Assembly: GCA_049273855.1 (NCBI GenBank)
Contig: JBASRN010000295.1
Coordinates: forward strand, 3,931-67,930
Source of the DNA: Blastocatellia bacterium
GTDB lineage: Bacteria > Acidobacteriota > Blastocatellia > UBA7656
Direction: 5' to 3'
DNA length: 64,000 nt
The notes beneath the pieces are model-generated. The model worked only from the letters and a program-made list of their open reading frames with translations, searched no databases and was not told the origin of the DNA. Positions 1-10,300 of this stretch are shown piece after piece. A program made the translations under genes and the position numbers. Every line of letters begins with the position of its first letter. The stretch's first letter is position 1.

Positions 1-81
1 CCCGCGAAGCGCGCAATAGCTTGATAAACTCCTTCGCAATCTTCGGAGCCGCCAGGTTCCATCAAAAGCCGTAACCTGCCG

Positions 82-378
82 CTAGTGACCCAATACGCTG
101 GTCTTTGGATTGGTCACCGTGAACGTGAATATGTAAGTGCACACTGGACGGTCAAGGTCGATGATCAGATCGGTTGCTTTCATGTCTCGCACCAGCACTA
201 ATCCCATAGCCGTGAATTCGGGCCGCTTGCGCAACTCGTCTTCTAATTGGTGAGGCTTCAAAAACATCGGCTCAGATCGGACGAAGATCGTCTTTGCAGA
301 ACGCAACAGCTCTACTGGTTCAGTGCTCCATGCGAGCGACCGCGCAACAGCCGGTTTGACCTCTGCGGCCCTACCCAC
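82..378 (-). CDS. hypothetical protein (98 aa); no family recognised
   Basis: Complete ORF on the minus strand and the only protein-like frame in 1-700. No motif I can name. Confidence 0.3.
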   Translation of the reverse strand: MGRAAEVKPAVARSLAWSTEPVELLRSAKTIFVRSEPMFLKPHQLEDELRKRPEFTAMGLVLVRDMKATDLIIDLDRPVCTYIFTFTVTNPKTSVLGH

Positions 379-726
379 GGCACAACCGGGGACCGAACCA
401 AAACGAATGAACCACCCGCCGCAACGCCTATCCCAAGCTCGCGAGTCACTTCACCAAAGCTCCGCTCCCAGGCGTTTCGCTTCCCGCCGCCGTTGCCGAC
501 TAGCAACTCACCAAACTCGGCTGCCTTCAAACTCGGGCCGCACCCTTCGAAAAGGCAAATCGTCTCAGACGAACAGTGATGTTTCCATATTTAGGACATA
601 CACCTATGTAGAGCGGCCCGAAGCGCCGGGAGCACAACCCCAACCGGAACCTCGTTGGTGTGCTTGGCCTCACACAATAGGGCGCCCCGTGCTCGGCTCT
701 AACAAGCCCTTTAACGGAGGTCGTCC

Positions 727-2487
727 ATGTCAACCCTGCTAGTCGAAAGAAAAGTGTTCGTATCCGTGTTGCTCCTCGCGCTCGTACTTCCACCGATGGC
801 TTTGGCGACGTCTGATGACGCCCTGACCAACGAGAACATCCTGGCTCTGCTGCGATGGAAGACCAAGCCGCAAGAGATCGTTGCGGTCATCGAAGGCAAC
901 GCGACGCGGTTCGATCTGTCAGACGACAGCCTTTCAAAGCTGAGAGAGGCTGGCGTCACGGCCGAGGTTCTTGAAGCCATGTTCAAGGCTAAGCTTAAGA
1001 CTTCAAGCGGTCGGGCTCGCGTTGCTGAGCCCGAGACGCGCGCTTCCGGCTCCGTCGATCCCAGTCCCCAAGATTCAGAGCCGAACGATACAGCGCCGCC
1101 CCCAAAACCACACACACAGGCACGTCTTGACGAAGCGCAGAACGTTGTGACCAGGACGGTCGTGCCCGATCTTACCGCGGACAATCTTAAGCCTCCGCCA
1201 GACAACGAAAGGTGTCCCTTCTCCGAAGAGGAGTCGGTTAAAGACAAGGCAAAGAAATCGCCGCTGTACAAGGTGGACCTGGACTGGAAGACCGGCAGCA
1301 TATCGCGATCGTGCGTGGACAACTCCGGGAAGTACTGCTTCGCGCTCCACAACGCTAACAACATCCTCTACACGTATAGCTTCACTGTGAATCGCATCGA
1401 GCCACAAGGAAGTGATATTGATCTACTGAAGGACGCGATGTCCAAGGTTAAGGCTTGGTTTGAGGGCGCTGCTGCGCAAAAGGCAACTCCCGAAACGAAA
1501 ACAGCCCTGAAGCCGTGCCCGCTAGATCTGAGACCGGCTGCGGCCGCTGCCGCGGCTTTGAATGATGCGCTGGCTCAGCTTGAACCAGGAAAGGACGCGA
1601 ATGGTAAACCCACCAGCGTGCCGCTCGACACAACGCTCGCTAAATGGCAAGGCGTGCCGGGCAAGTTCAAAGCCTTTGAGAAGGCGATTCTAGACCTGTT
1701 CACTCAGATCAAGAAATTGGACTCCACACAGCGGAACACTTGTGAAAGTGAGCTGGCTGCCGCCGAAGCGTTCGTGCTGGATGTTCTCGTCCCCGCGCGA
1801 GAGCTCTTCCTCCGGCTGGCTTCGAAGGTGAACTCGCAGCACATCGCATATTTTACAGCAGAGTTGGACAGCACCAATGCTTATGACGTTGTGGTAAAGG
1901 AATTCTCAGGCAGTCAGCAAACCAGCGCCGACGCGAAGACATTCCATCTCAACGCGTGCCGGAAAATCCTCGTGTCGTCGGCCGGCTTTCTTCTTACCCA
2001 ACTTCAGGCGCGCTCGTATTCGAGCGTCACTGTCCCTGATAAAGACGACCCGACCAAGACGCAAAACGTGCTTGGTGTTGATGGCGGCGGGCGGCCTCGA
2101 ACGGCCCTGATGGCCCTTCTCAATTACAACCTCCCGTGGCAACCCTGGCGCAACGTTGGCTTCTCGATTTCTGCCGGCCCGGTTTTCGATATCACCAACG
2201 GAAATGCCGACACATCGAGGTTTGGCTTCTTCGGCGGAGGGTCTCTACATCTGTGGAACCGGTTATTCCTGACACCCGGTGTTCACGTAGGCGAATTTGC
2301 GGATTTCCCTCAGGGGTTCGGTAAGCCAGGCGACCCGATTCCGCCGGACACGGGCACACCGACTCCGGTAAAGAGGTACACCGCGCGTTTCGCCCTTGGA
2401 ATAAGCTTCAAAGTGGGTGAGCTCGGCTTTGGAGGCGGTGGGACTGACAACTCGACCAAGAAGCCGGCAGCCTCACAACCGAAATAA
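727..2487 (+). CDS. hypothetical secreted protein with Gly-rich C-terminal region
   Basis: 586-aa ORF with an N-terminal signal-peptide-like segment (VFVSVLLLALVLPPMALA). The C-terminus has alternating aromatic/Gly beta-strand-like segments and ends in GGGGTDN. No enzyme motif. Confidence 0.5.
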   Translation: MSTLLVERKVFVSVLLLALVLPPMALATSDDALTNENILALLRWKTKPQEIVAVIEGNATRFDLSDDSLSKLREAGVTAEVLEAMFKAKLKTSSGRARVAEPETRASGSVDPSPQDSEPNDTAPPPKPHTQARLDEAQNVVTRTVVPDLTADNLKPPPDNERCPFSEEESVKDKAKKSPLYKVDLDWKTGSISRSCVDNSGKYCFALHNANNILYTYSFTVNRIEPQGSDIDLLKDAMSKVKAWFEGAAAQKATPETKTALKPCPLDLRPAAAAAAALNDALAQLEPGKDANGKPTSVPLDTTLAKWQGVPGKFKAFEKAILDLFTQIKKLDSTQRNTCESELAAAEAFVLDVLVPARELFLRLASKVNSQHIAYFTAELDSTNAYDVVVKEFSGSQQTSADAKTFHLNACRKILVSSAGFLLTQLQARSYSSVTVPDKDDPTKTQNVLGVDGGGRPRTALMALLNYNLPWQPWRNVGFSISAGPVFDITNGNADTSRFGFFGGGSLHLWNRLFLTPGVHVGEFADFPQGFGKPGDPIPPDTGTPTPVKRYTARFALGISFKVGELGFGGGGTDNSTKKPAASQPK

Positions 2488-2601
2488 ACTGAGAATCAAA
2501 AAGACGAGGCGCGGAGCGAGGCTGCGAAGAACAATTCGCGGTGGGGAGCCCTGGTTCCGCCTACGGGTTAGCGACTCCGCGTAGAGGGGACGATGCGCGA
2601 T

Positions 2602-3741
2602 TCACTCGGTCGTTTCGCGAGTCGGCAGCAGGATGGTGCGCTCGATCTCGAAGACCCTCTGATCGAATTTGTCATCGAACAGATCGACGCCCGCGGCTAT
2701 CAAGGTCGCGGGCCTTTCGTTTTTCATGCCTACAAGTTTGAACCGGACGATTCCAGTTTTTTTTTCGCGATACTGCTTTTCGATCACGCGCGACGCAGCG
2801 TAGAGCGTGTCGCCCGCCAGCACTGGATTCGGATGACTCCCTTTGTCGTAGCCAACTTCCCACAACGCATTCGCAGTTGTGTCGCGGCTTGCAAGCGAAG
2901 CCGTCCACGCAAACACCAGTCCGCCTTCGACGACCCTGGTCTTTGTGAAGCTGCGGTCGCGGCAGTAGATTTCGTCGAAGTGCAGCGGGTGGCTGTTGCG
3001 AGTGAGAATCGTCAACTGCATGTGCTCGCTTTCGCCGACCGTGTGCCCGATGCTGTGAAGGATCACATCGCCTTCTTCGAAGTCTTCGAATAAACCACGC
3101 GGCCGCCCGGGCCAAGCAGGAGTCGTGATCTCGCCGGCGAGTTCCGAGGGCAACGTACTTGGTGGCGTGGACGGCAGCCTGTGTTTGCTGCGTGCTTTCG
3201 AGTTCGACAAGTTGCTCATTGACGCGGCTGTCTTCGGGTTCGCTTTGCCCTGCTCGGGATGCGCTCGGCCTTCGAGCTTGCCGGTTGGGATGAGCGCTTT
3301 GCGCTCGAACGTCACAACCACGATACCGTCTTGATTAACTCCGGTTGTTCGAAGATGCACGATGCCACGATCGGGCTTCGATTCAGAGACTCGCACGCCG
3401 AGGATTTCCGAATGCACCGAAAGGGTGTCTCCCGAATAAGCCGCATTTGGAAACTTCAAATCGATGTAAGCAAGATGAGCTATCGCTTGTTCAGAGACAT
3501 CGTGAACGGTGAAGCTCAGCGCGAGGTTCAACAGAACCAGCGGGGGGACTACGCGGTCGCGGAAGCCAAGTTCGCGAGCGAAGCGACCGCTTGAGTAGAG
3601 CGGATTCGGATCGAGAAACGACCCCGCAAACATCGCCATCAATCCGTGGTCGATCGTAACTTCCCAGGGATGATGGTAGATGTCACCGACCCGAAAGTCC
3701 TCAACCAACCGCCCGTACTTCGGTTCGATTATTCTGGGCAT
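2602..3741 (-). CDS. MaoC-like (R)-specific enoyl-CoA hydratase, double hot-dog fold (mesaconyl-/itaconyl-CoA hydratase-like)
   Basis: 379 aa with two tandem hot-dog/MaoC-like halves. The size and architecture are typical of mesaconyl-CoA and itaconyl-CoA hydratases. Confidence 0.75.
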   Translation of the reverse strand: MPRIIEPKYGRLVEDFRVGDIYHHPWEVTIDHGLMAMFAGSFLDPNPLYSSGRFARELGFRDRVVPPLVLLNLALSFTVHDVSEQAIAHLAYIDLKFPNAAYSGDTLSVHSEILGVRVSESKPDRGIVHLRTTGVNQDGIVVVTFERKALIPTGKLEGRAHPEQGKANPKTAASMSNLSNSKARSKHRLPSTPPSTLPSELAGEITTPAWPGRPRGLFEDFEEGDVILHSIGHTVGESEHMQLTILTRNSHPLHFDEIYCRDRSFTKTRVVEGGLVFAWTASLASRDTTANALWEVGYDKGSHPNPVLAGDTLYAASRVIEKQYREKKTGIVRFKLVGMKNERPATLIAAGVDLFDDKFDQRVFEIERTILLPTRETTE

Positions 3742-3760
3742 TGATGACTTCTTCGCCTTT

Positions 3761-4177
3761 TCATTTTTTCGTTGCCGCTAGATCCGCGACTGATTTCTTG
3801 ATCAATTCCTTCAGCGTGGGCAAATCCACGTCGTCAAGCTTCTTTATGTACAGGCAGGATTTTCCCGTCTTGTGCTTTCCCAGCTTCTTCATAAGCGCGG
3901 GATAACGTTCGAGTCCCCCCATGATGTACAAGGTCAGGTCTTGTTTTCGCGGCGAGAAGCCCGTCAGGAACCACTCCAACTCGCGCCCGCTTTCGTACTT
4001 GTACTGATAGCGGCCAAAGCCGACAATGCTCGTTCCCCACATTGCCGGCTCCGCTTTCGTCTCGGCGTTCATCATTTCCAAAAGGCGGAAGCAGTCCTTA
4101 CGACGCTGTTCATCGGCGATGTTGTTTAGGAACTTCTCGACGCTCGCGGCGTTCTTTCTGGTTTTCAGTTCCGCCAT
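3761..4177 (-). CDS. DUF1801 (YdhG-like) domain protein
   Basis: 138 aa with a WGTSIVGFG...YQYKY segment and a basic C-terminus typical of the YdhG/DUF1801 family. Confidence 0.5.
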   Translation of the reverse strand: MAELKTRKNAASVEKFLNNIADEQRRKDCFRLLEMMNAETKAEPAMWGTSIVGFGRYQYKYESGRELEWFLTGFSPRKQDLTLYIMGGLERYPALMKKLGKHKTGKSCLYIKKLDDVDLPTLKELIKKSVADLAATKK

Positions 4178-4280
4178 TTTTAATGCCTCAGGTCAATCAA
4201 CCGCGCTAACGAATCGAGGTCACGCGGTCGCGGCGTTTTTGGAGCTCGCACACATCGCCCGACACGTTTGGCGCTGTATC

Positions 4281-6230
4281 TCAGCGCGCTGCCGTCTTCT
4301 GAGACAACAGGTTCGCCATAGTCTCGTGACGGTAACTCTTCGCCAGGTCGAGAGCAGTCAGACCCTCCTTGGTCTTCGCGTTGAGGTCGGCGCCTGCGGC
4401 GATCAGCTTTTCAAGCACGACGGTGTCGCCGTAGTCTATCGAGGCCGCGTACAGCAGAGGCGTCATGCCGAGGTTATCCACGTGGTTCACCTTCGCGCCC
4501 CGCTTGAGCAGCACGTCAACCGTGGCTGCATGATTACCAATCGCCGCAGACCCCAGCACCGAGATTCTGTCACTGTCCAATTCATTCGGGTCCGCGCCTC
4601 TTCCAATCAGGTAATCAACCAGTGCCGCGTCGTCTTCGAATGTCGCGAAGCTCAAAGGGCTCGTCAAGATAGTGCCAAGCACTTTCATTCTGTCCTGGAG
4701 TCTGGCCCCTGCGTCAAGCAGCACGGCGACCGTTTGGAGATCACCCGCCATAACAGCAAAGAACAGGGCGCTAGCGTCGTTACGGACCTCGACTCCCTTT
4801 TCCGCGTTCGGCCTGGCGCCTTTCTTCAGCAGCAGCCGGACGACCTCCGTGTTGCCTCGATACCGCGCGGCGACCATCAGCGGTGTGAGACCCGTCGCAG
4901 CGCGGGCATTCACGTCTGCACCGCGATCGACAAGGAGTTTCACCTTCTCGAGATTGCGAGCCGCAAGCATCAGCGCTGTGGTTCCCTGGGCAGTCTTCGC
5001 GTCGGGTTTCACTCCGCCATCGAGGAGTTTCTTCAAATCGGCGGCGCTGCCGGTCAGAGCAACCTTCACCCACTCGGCTTGCTCGGCGGGCTGGAGGGCA
5101 GCCAGCGCGGGCCTTATCGAGTCGTTTCCTGCTCGCGCCGGGATTGCTTGCATCAATGCGGTAGCGGCCCAGCCCGTTCCCATAATCGAGATGAACTGGT
5201 CGTGCTGAAACGGAGGAAACTCCACGTTGACGAAGGGAGGGCTCACTGGAGCCGGTGGATGCAGGCGTGACTTGATTCGCCAGGAGCCGTCCGATTCCTG
5301 GGTTTTCAGAAGAAAGCTCACCCCGCGCTGATATGAAGCGTCGTTGGTCGGGAGGCCGGCCGCTTTGTGCAACGCGAATAAGACCTCGCCGGTCGCATAT
5401 GCATCGCTGGCCAACGCAGGCATCTGGGCCCACCCGCCATCTCCGCGCTGCCCGGCCGCAAGTTGACGAGCGGCCTTCTGACGAGCCTTCTCGTCCGCGC
5501 CCGTCCAAAGCAAGCCAAGTAATCGAAAAGTTGCATCCTCAGTTGTTCGGGGCTGCGACTTGAGCAGCCACTCTCGAGCTCGACGCACTCGAGCTGCCTT
5601 TTCTTCCTTGAACTGTGCGGGCAGATAACGCGTCAGGGCCTGTGCGCAGACCGCCGTGGCCGTGAATTGGCTGGATGATTGTGGGGGTCGGTTGTCCATT
5701 GTGGGCCAACTGCCGTCGGGAAGTTGGCGCGAGGCGATAAACTGGGCCGAAGCGGCTGCCGCGAGGCTTGGGCCGACACCGGCTACGTCCGCGGCGTAGA
5801 GCGCCCAGCCATCGAACAACACGTCTATGTAATCGTACCCCTGGACCAGCGAATCAAGATCTTTTAGAAAAGCGAAGGCCGAGGCGGTCGTGTCCCGCGC
5901 TATGGTCTCATCAAAAGGCACTCCGCGCTCGCGAGCCAGCTTGATCGGGATTTCGGGAAGCAGTTGGTGATGGCAGGAAGTGCAAACCTGTTTCTTGTAC
6001 CAGACCACCTGCGAATGCTGGATGAGCTTGAGGGCTTTTGCGGAGGCCGCGCGTAACCCGACCTCCTCGACGAGCTTTACCTTTGTCGCGGGTTGATTTG
6101 AATCGATTGCGGTGGATACTGAGCCGGTCGCCTGAAAAGCGTACTGAGGCGTTGCTTGCGTTTGAGACTCTCGTTCGAACCCAAAGAAGATCACGAGGGA
6201 TGTGAAGCCAAGTAGCAATAATCTTTTCAC
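4281..6230 (-). CDS. secreted multi-domain protein: CxxCH heme motif + prenyltransferase/squalene-cyclase-like repeats + C-terminal ankyrin repeats
   Basis: Signal peptide MKRLLLLGFTSLVIFF. CTSCHH heme c binding motif. QxxDGSW/GGW repeats typical of the terpenoid cyclase / protein prenyltransferase alpha-alpha toroid. At least 6 ANK repeats (GxTALMLAA...LLxxGADVNA). Confidence 0.7.
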   Translation of the reverse strand: MKRLLLLGFTSLVIFFGFERESQTQATPQYAFQATGSVSTAIDSNQPATKVKLVEEVGLRAASAKALKLIQHSQVVWYKKQVCTSCHHQLLPEIPIKLARERGVPFDETIARDTTASAFAFLKDLDSLVQGYDYIDVLFDGWALYAADVAGVGPSLAAAASAQFIASRQLPDGSWPTMDNRPPQSSSQFTATAVCAQALTRYLPAQFKEEKAARVRRAREWLLKSQPRTTEDATFRLLGLLWTGADEKARQKAARQLAAGQRGDGGWAQMPALASDAYATGEVLFALHKAAGLPTNDASYQRGVSFLLKTQESDGSWRIKSRLHPPAPVSPPFVNVEFPPFQHDQFISIMGTGWAATALMQAIPARAGNDSIRPALAALQPAEQAEWVKVALTGSAADLKKLLDGGVKPDAKTAQGTTALMLAARNLEKVKLLVDRGADVNARAATGLTPLMVAARYRGNTEVVRLLLKKGARPNAEKGVEVRNDASALFFAVMAGDLQTVAVLLDAGARLQDRMKVLGTILTSPLSFATFEDDAALVDYLIGRGADPNELDSDRISVLGSAAIGNHAATVDVLLKRGAKVNHVDNLGMTPLLYAASIDYGDTVVLEKLIAAGADLNAKTKEGLTALDLAKSYRHETMANLLSQKTAAR

Positions 6231-6244
6231 CGAAGTACCTCCTA

Positions 6245-7339
6245 TTAACAGATCATCAACTGCTTCGCGAAAGTGTCATCCAACCGCCCCATCGCGTAAG
6301 CCTTCTTCAACGTGTTTCGATTCAAGCGATCCGTAGCGCGGTCGGCCATCTTCCCGTCGATCATTGTAGCTCCTCGTCCCGACGTTTCCGCCTCGAGAAA
6401 CTGCTTTGCTTCGTTGATCGCGCGTTCGATCTCCTGGTCGGTAGTTTGGAAAATCTCGACGGCCATCGCAGTCTGATCGGGAATTCCGGTCCACTTGCCC
6501 GCGAAGCCGAACTCGCAAGCGAGCAACGCATCGCTTCGAAACTCTTCCATTGCGGCCCGGCGTTCTGCATCGCTCTTGTCGCGAGTCGGGTAATTCGTCG
6601 TCATCTCCGCGATCGCCGGAATGCCGGCCGAAGCAGCCGCTTTCACGATTCGCCCTCGAGCCCCGGCGATCAGCGGATGATCCGCGCGATAGCTTGACGC
6701 TCCCATGCCCAGGCTCGCCCAGTAGTCATACGACCCAAACACCAATCCGACCAGTCGCTTTGACGAACCGGCGATCTCGAAGACGTTCTCTTCCGCCAAA
6801 GCCGACTCGATCAACGGCTCGATCCGTATCCCGCCACGCGGAAGACCAACCTCGCGTTCCAGCGCCGTTAGCGTTTCGTCGATGGAACGGACTTCGTCGG
6901 CGCTCTCGATCTTGGGATAGATCAACCCGTCGAGCTTCGACCCGGCGACCCGAACGATGACTGCGATATCGGAATGCGTGGGATCCAGTTCGATGCCTCT
7001 CGGCCGAAAGAATCGAAGCCTCGATCCCCAATCCAGTTCGTTGAACGCGCGAATTATGTTGGCTCGCCCCTGTTCGAGCAGCTCGACGTTGTTTCGCGGG
7101 ATCGAGTCTTCGAGGTCGAGCATCACCAGATTGGCTTTTGATTTTGTGACCGCGCTTTCGACGTACTTCCACACCGTCGCCGGGGTCGTCAGGTGGGCCA
7201 TCTGGAGAAGGTACTTCGGCTCGAGCTCGATCATCTGGCTGCGATACTGATCGAGGAGCCGCCTGTTTCGCGCGGCTGCTGCTTTTGTGATTTCTTCAAG
7301 CGTCATCCGATTGGAACCTGCCGCCACTGCCGCGAACAA
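6245..7339 (-). CDS. HpcH/HpaI aldolase / citrate lyase beta (CitE)-like acyl-CoA lyase (malyl-/citramalyl-CoA lyase-like)
   Basis: VMLDLEDS motif and overall CitE/Mcl-like length. The N-terminus may start at the internal Met at 7306. Confidence 0.7.
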   Translation of the reverse strand: MFAAVAAGSNRMTLEEITKAAAARNRRLLDQYRSQMIELEPKYLLQMAHLTTPATVWKYVESAVTKSKANLVMLDLEDSIPRNNVELLEQGRANIIRAFNELDWGSRLRFFRPRGIELDPTHSDIAVIVRVAGSKLDGLIYPKIESADEVRSIDETLTALEREVGLPRGGIRIEPLIESALAEENVFEIAGSSKRLVGLVFGSYDYWASLGMGASSYRADHPLIAGARGRIVKAAASAGIPAIAEMTTNYPTRDKSDAERRAAMEEFRSDALLACEFGFAGKWTGIPDQTAMAVEIFQTTDQEIERAINEAKQFLEAETSGRGATMIDGKMADRATDRLNRNTLKKAYAMGRLDDTFAKQLMIC

Positions 7340-7396
7340 CGCGAACCATCGCGAATTGCCGTCGCCATGATTCGCGTTATTCGCGGCTGGTTGAGC

Positions 7397-10300
7397 TCAC
7401 CTTCCGTCGCGGCCGTTGGGCTTGTGATAGTTCGGATAAGCCGGGCGCGTGTGAGTAGACGGCGGGTTCTTGCTCAAGTTGCTCATCACGACCTCGACCG
7501 CCTTCTCGAGCTGCGGGTCTCGCCCCGCGCGCCATGCCTGCGGGTCGAACTCCACTTCGACGTCGGGAGCCACGCCGGCGTTCTCAACATCCCACTTGCC
7601 TTCGGGACTCCAAAAAGCAACACGAGGCGCGGTCACCAAACCGCCGTCCATCAGCGTTGGATAATCGTAGATCCCGACAAGCCCGCCCCACGTCCGCTTG
7701 CCGATCAGCGGCCCGACGCCCGCCTTGCGAAAGTACCACGGCATTGCGTCGCCTCCGCTGCCCGCGTACTCGTTGATGATCATAGCCTTTGGTCCGTAGA
7801 TCGAGCCGACCGGCGTAGTGAAGTCTTCGCCTTCACGCGTCGCCCAGTAGCTCATCAACGGGCGGCGCATATAGTCGATGATGTAGTCAGCGGCGGTGCC
7901 GCCGCCGTTAAACCGCTCGTCTATCACCGCGCCCTGCTTGTCGATCTGCGCGAAGTAATACCGGTTGAAGTTGGTGTAGCCGCCTCCCCCCGTGTCGGGC
8001 AAGTACACATACGCGAGCTTGCCGCTGCTCATCTGATCGACCTTGCGACGATTGTCTTCGATCCAGGCCAGGTTCCTCAATCCCGTTTCACTCTCGACGG
8101 GTACGACCGTGACCTCGCGGGAGTTTGCGCCGTTCGGGTCTGAGCCGACTCTGATCACGACCGACTTGCCGGCGGTGCCTTCGAAGAAGCTATAGACGCT
8201 GTCGTTCGATCGAAGCTCGCGGCCGTTGACGGCTAGCAGGTATTCGCCCGCGGCGACGTTCACGCCGGGCTGAGTCAGCGGCGCGCGCAACTGCGGGTTC
8301 CAGTTCTCGCCGTTGTATACGCGCGCGAACCGATAGCGGCCGTTCTCAATCTTCAAATCCGCGCCCAACAAGCCGCCCTTAACCTTTTTCGCCTCAGGGG
8401 CATCCCCGCCTCCCACGTACAGGTGCCCGACCGTAAGCTCGCCAAGCATCTCGGAGAACAAATAGTTGAGATCGGCGCGATGAGCCAGGCTTGTGAGGTA
8501 GCGCGCGTACTGTGCTTCGGCTGCTTTCAGATCCAGTCCGTGATAGCCGGGATCGTAGAAGAAATCGCGCTGGATGCGCCATACCTCGCCATACATCTGC
8601 TTCCACTCGGCGCGCGGGTCGACCCAGACTTCCATTTCGTCGGTGTTTAGCATTCCTTCGCCGGGCTTGACGGGTTGAGCCGTGGCAGCGATGAACCAAC
8701 GTTCGCCCTGTCTGAAGAGCATCTTCTCTCCGTTGGCGGACACGTCGAAGGCGGACACCCCTTCAAGGACCTTGTCGGTCTTGCGCTTTTCGAGATCGAA
8801 CTTGTGAACGGTCGCCGCTGAGCTGAAAGGGCCCGGGCCGGGTTGAGCTTCCAGGACGTAGAGCGTGCCCGCCTTTCCTGTGCTTGTGCCGACGTAGTTA
8901 CGCGCGGGGATGGGCAGCGCCAGAATTCGCTGGCCGATGTTCTCGAAGTCGATTGAGACAGTGACTGGTTCTTTCTTCTCGGCCGGCTTTTCGGCCGGCA
9001 GGCCGGGCGCGGCAGCGGCACCCGTGGCCGCTGGCTGCGTTTCCGGGGCTTTCTTCTCGTCTGCAACCTTCTCTTCGTCGCTTTCCGGAGCAAGCGGCGA
9101 CGGCAGGTCCCGGCGAAGCACGATCGCGTAGACGCTGCGAGTAACCTGGTGGCTGAAGCTCGACATATCGAGCCATCCCGTCGTCGGGCCGGCGTCGGTG
9201 CTGGCCGTGAAGTAGATGTGCTTGCCGCTCTTGTCGAACGACGCGAACCGCGCGTCGCTCAAACCATCGGTTACCTGCGTGCTTTTTCCAGCTTCAAGCG
9301 AGTAAACACAAACGGCGCCCAGTCGATTCTTGAGTTGTTTGGTGTAGGTCAGCCAGCGGCTGTCGGGCGACCACGATGGATCAAACACGCGCCACGGGTT
9401 CTCATACGTTGTGGTGTCTATTTTTACAGGCGCTCCTTTGTCGAGATCCACGTACCAAAGGTTAAGGCGCTTATCGGTGTAAGCGATCTTTTTGCTGTCG
9501 GGCGACCAGAGCGGCGAGTAATAAAACGAAGGCGGGTTGCCAAGATTGATCTTCTTCGGGTCGCCCATGCCGTTCTGGTCGCGAAGGTGAAGCGCGTACT
9601 CGCCCGACTCATCCGAGAAGTAAGCGATCCACTTCCCATCAGGCGACCACGAAGGGTCTCGCTCGGCCGCACCCGGGGTCCTGGTCAAGTTGCGCGCGTT
9701 GCCTTTCTCGGCGGGCACGGTCAGGATTTCGCCGCGAGCTTCGAACACGGCTCGCGCGCCGGTGGGGGAAAGCGTCGCGTTGGTGATACGGCTCCCCACT
9801 TTTTCGAAACGCGGACGCACCGAGGCCATGTCCCCCGTGACTCTTATGTCGAGCTTGTGCGCTTTGTCCGTCTTGAGGTCGAGCAAGTGGAGCGAACCAA
9901 ACTGCTCGTAGACTATCGCGCCGGGTCCGGCAGAAGCCGACTTGATATCGAGCCCATCATTGCGAACGACTTGAGTAACTCTTTTGGAAGCGGTGTCATA
10001 GGCGAACAAAGTCGCCGCGCCGTTGCGATCCGACAGGAAATAGACTTTGCCTTCTACCCACATCGGGTTGAAGTCATTCGAATTATCGCGTGGAACTTTT
10101 TCGACGCTCGAATCCGCAAGCCTCGCAAGCCACACCGCAGTAGTCTGACCGCCTCGGTAACGCTTCCACGCGTTGAACGCGCGCGGGAGCGGACAGTAAG
10201 CCAGCCGCGAGCCGTCGGCCGAGAACGAGCCTTCGAAAGCCATCGGAAGCGGAACTTCAACCGGGAAGCCGCCCTCGATCGAAATCGTGAACAGGCGCGA

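Noticed and set aside
711-1364. Minus-strand 217-aa ORF overlapping the start of the 727-2487 gene
   Set aside because: It overlaps a signal-peptide-bearing + strand ORF and has a low-complexity Ser/Gly/Arg composition, so it is more likely a shadow frame.
4026-5270. Long + strand ORF (414 aa) antisense to the ankyrin/heme gene, and similar long antisense ORFs at 4780-5508, 7193-8143, 9149-10630, 25154-26158, 26702-27235, 29220-30056, 30544-31443, 38982-40271, 53487-54431 and 56228-58036
   Set aside because: They lie entirely inside strongly supported genes on the opposite strand. They are Arg/Ala/Pro-rich with no motifs, as expected for shadow ORFs in 60-65% GC DNA.
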